64,000 bases of DNA from Hydrolagus affinis (taxonomy: Eukaryota): NCBI GenBank assembly GCA_012026655.1, contig JAAILG010000094.1, positions 62,001-126,000 of the forward strand. Direction: 5' to 3'. Each line of letters begins with the position of its first letter. The first letter of the stretch is position 1. Positions 63,059-64,000 of the stretch are shown here, piece after piece. The notes below the pieces were generated by a model. The model ran no database searches. It was not told the DNA's origin and saw only the letters and a program-made list of their open reading frames with translations. The position numbers were made by a program, and so were the translations under genes.

Positions 63059-63764
63059 CTAGGACCTTCCAAGTAGGACCACCCTAGCTCACCTTGACGT
63101 GTGGAGTTAATTTAAGAAGAATGGGAAGAATCTGGACCTTCAATCTGCTGCTTCAAATCCCGTTATTCTGATGAACTGGTCTGTCATTTATTCTAATAAT
63201 GGGTACATTCACAAATATATATGAAAACAGTTGAATTTACACCAGTGAGAGCAGTCACACGGTTCACTTTAGAGCAAGGTATCATGTGTACATATAACAG
63301 GAAACCATTTCATTTTTTGCATGAAAATTCAATTCAGCTGATTATTCAATTCCTTCAAGATTAGAATAACACGTCTCTCTGGGGCTGAGGAGGCTCTGAG
63401 GAAACACACCAGGGAAAAAACATCCCACGCCTTGGACATGTAGGAATCTCCTTAAACCCTCTGAGCCTAAAAATGCAAAGACAAAGCACTGTGGTGTGTT
63501 CATATCCAATGGCCAGACATTCTTCAGACCTCAGCTGCAGGAGTAAACCCCTCTACTTTATTAATGGGGTCAATTTAGTGATTATGTTTAATATTTGACA
63601 CAGCGTTGGCTTTTGGATAGAAGAATACCAGCTGTTCTGAATGTTTTGATTTTAATAAATAGCTGATAAGCACTAACTGGCAATTGAATAATGCTGTAAT
63701 AATTCCTTCCTCCCCAAACATTGGGTCACTTGATCTACAATTGTTTATGGGGGCCACTGCTGTG

Positions 63765-63882
63765 AAATTGCTATTGCATTTGTCCCACAAATATACAGTC
63801 CACCCACTTTACAATACATTCTGTGAATGACATTGAGACGTCTCAATGGCATGATAGGTCACTATATCAAATGGAAGGATTA
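63765..63882 (+). mobile_element. SINE tail (type C)
   Basis: cccacaaatatacagtc...gagacgtctcaatgg...cactatatcaaatggaaggatt. Confidence 0.78.
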
Positions 63883-64000
63883 ACATTTTCAGATAGTGGC
63901 TTGAAGAAACTCCTGACGTGGGGCACATCAACTGCGGTTAGTGATGATACAGGTCCATGATGTGAAGGCAAACTGCTTATTTTACATGGGACTCTTTGCA

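Overview
Eukaryotic (vertebrate) non-coding genomic DNA: AT-rich, CpG-poor and dense in decayed repeats, with one 100-N assembly gap (30331-30430). I cannot support any intact protein-coding gene, and nearly all long ORFs in the track are broken LINE fragments or their antisense shadows. The repeats are L2 LINEs with (TTG)n tails, tRNA-headed SINEs and Deu-domain SINEs with an L2-type (ATT)n tail, CR1 3' ends, Penelope-like (PLE) fragments, and Tigger/pogo-type and hAT MITEs. This mix points to a cartilaginous fish, possibly a holocephalan such as Callorhinchus (inference from repeat content only). The window looks like a large intron or gene desert with several repeat-free islands that may be enhancers. 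Best observations: (1) three different retroposon tails share one covarying RNA stem-loop; (2) PLE remnants with a GIY-YIG C-terminus, a 15-bp TSD, degenerate hammerhead-ribozyme cores and one split/inverted insertion with a triplicated target; (3) a perfect 24-bp hairpin of pre-miRNA size at 27.5 kb; (4) nested and paired MITEs and a possible hAT excision footprint; (5) an unclassified dispersed repeat with a fixed-spacer bipartite core. I found no evidence of a novel multi-gene system. Boundaries of decayed repeats are approximate (about +/-20 bp) unless TIR or TSD coordinates are given.
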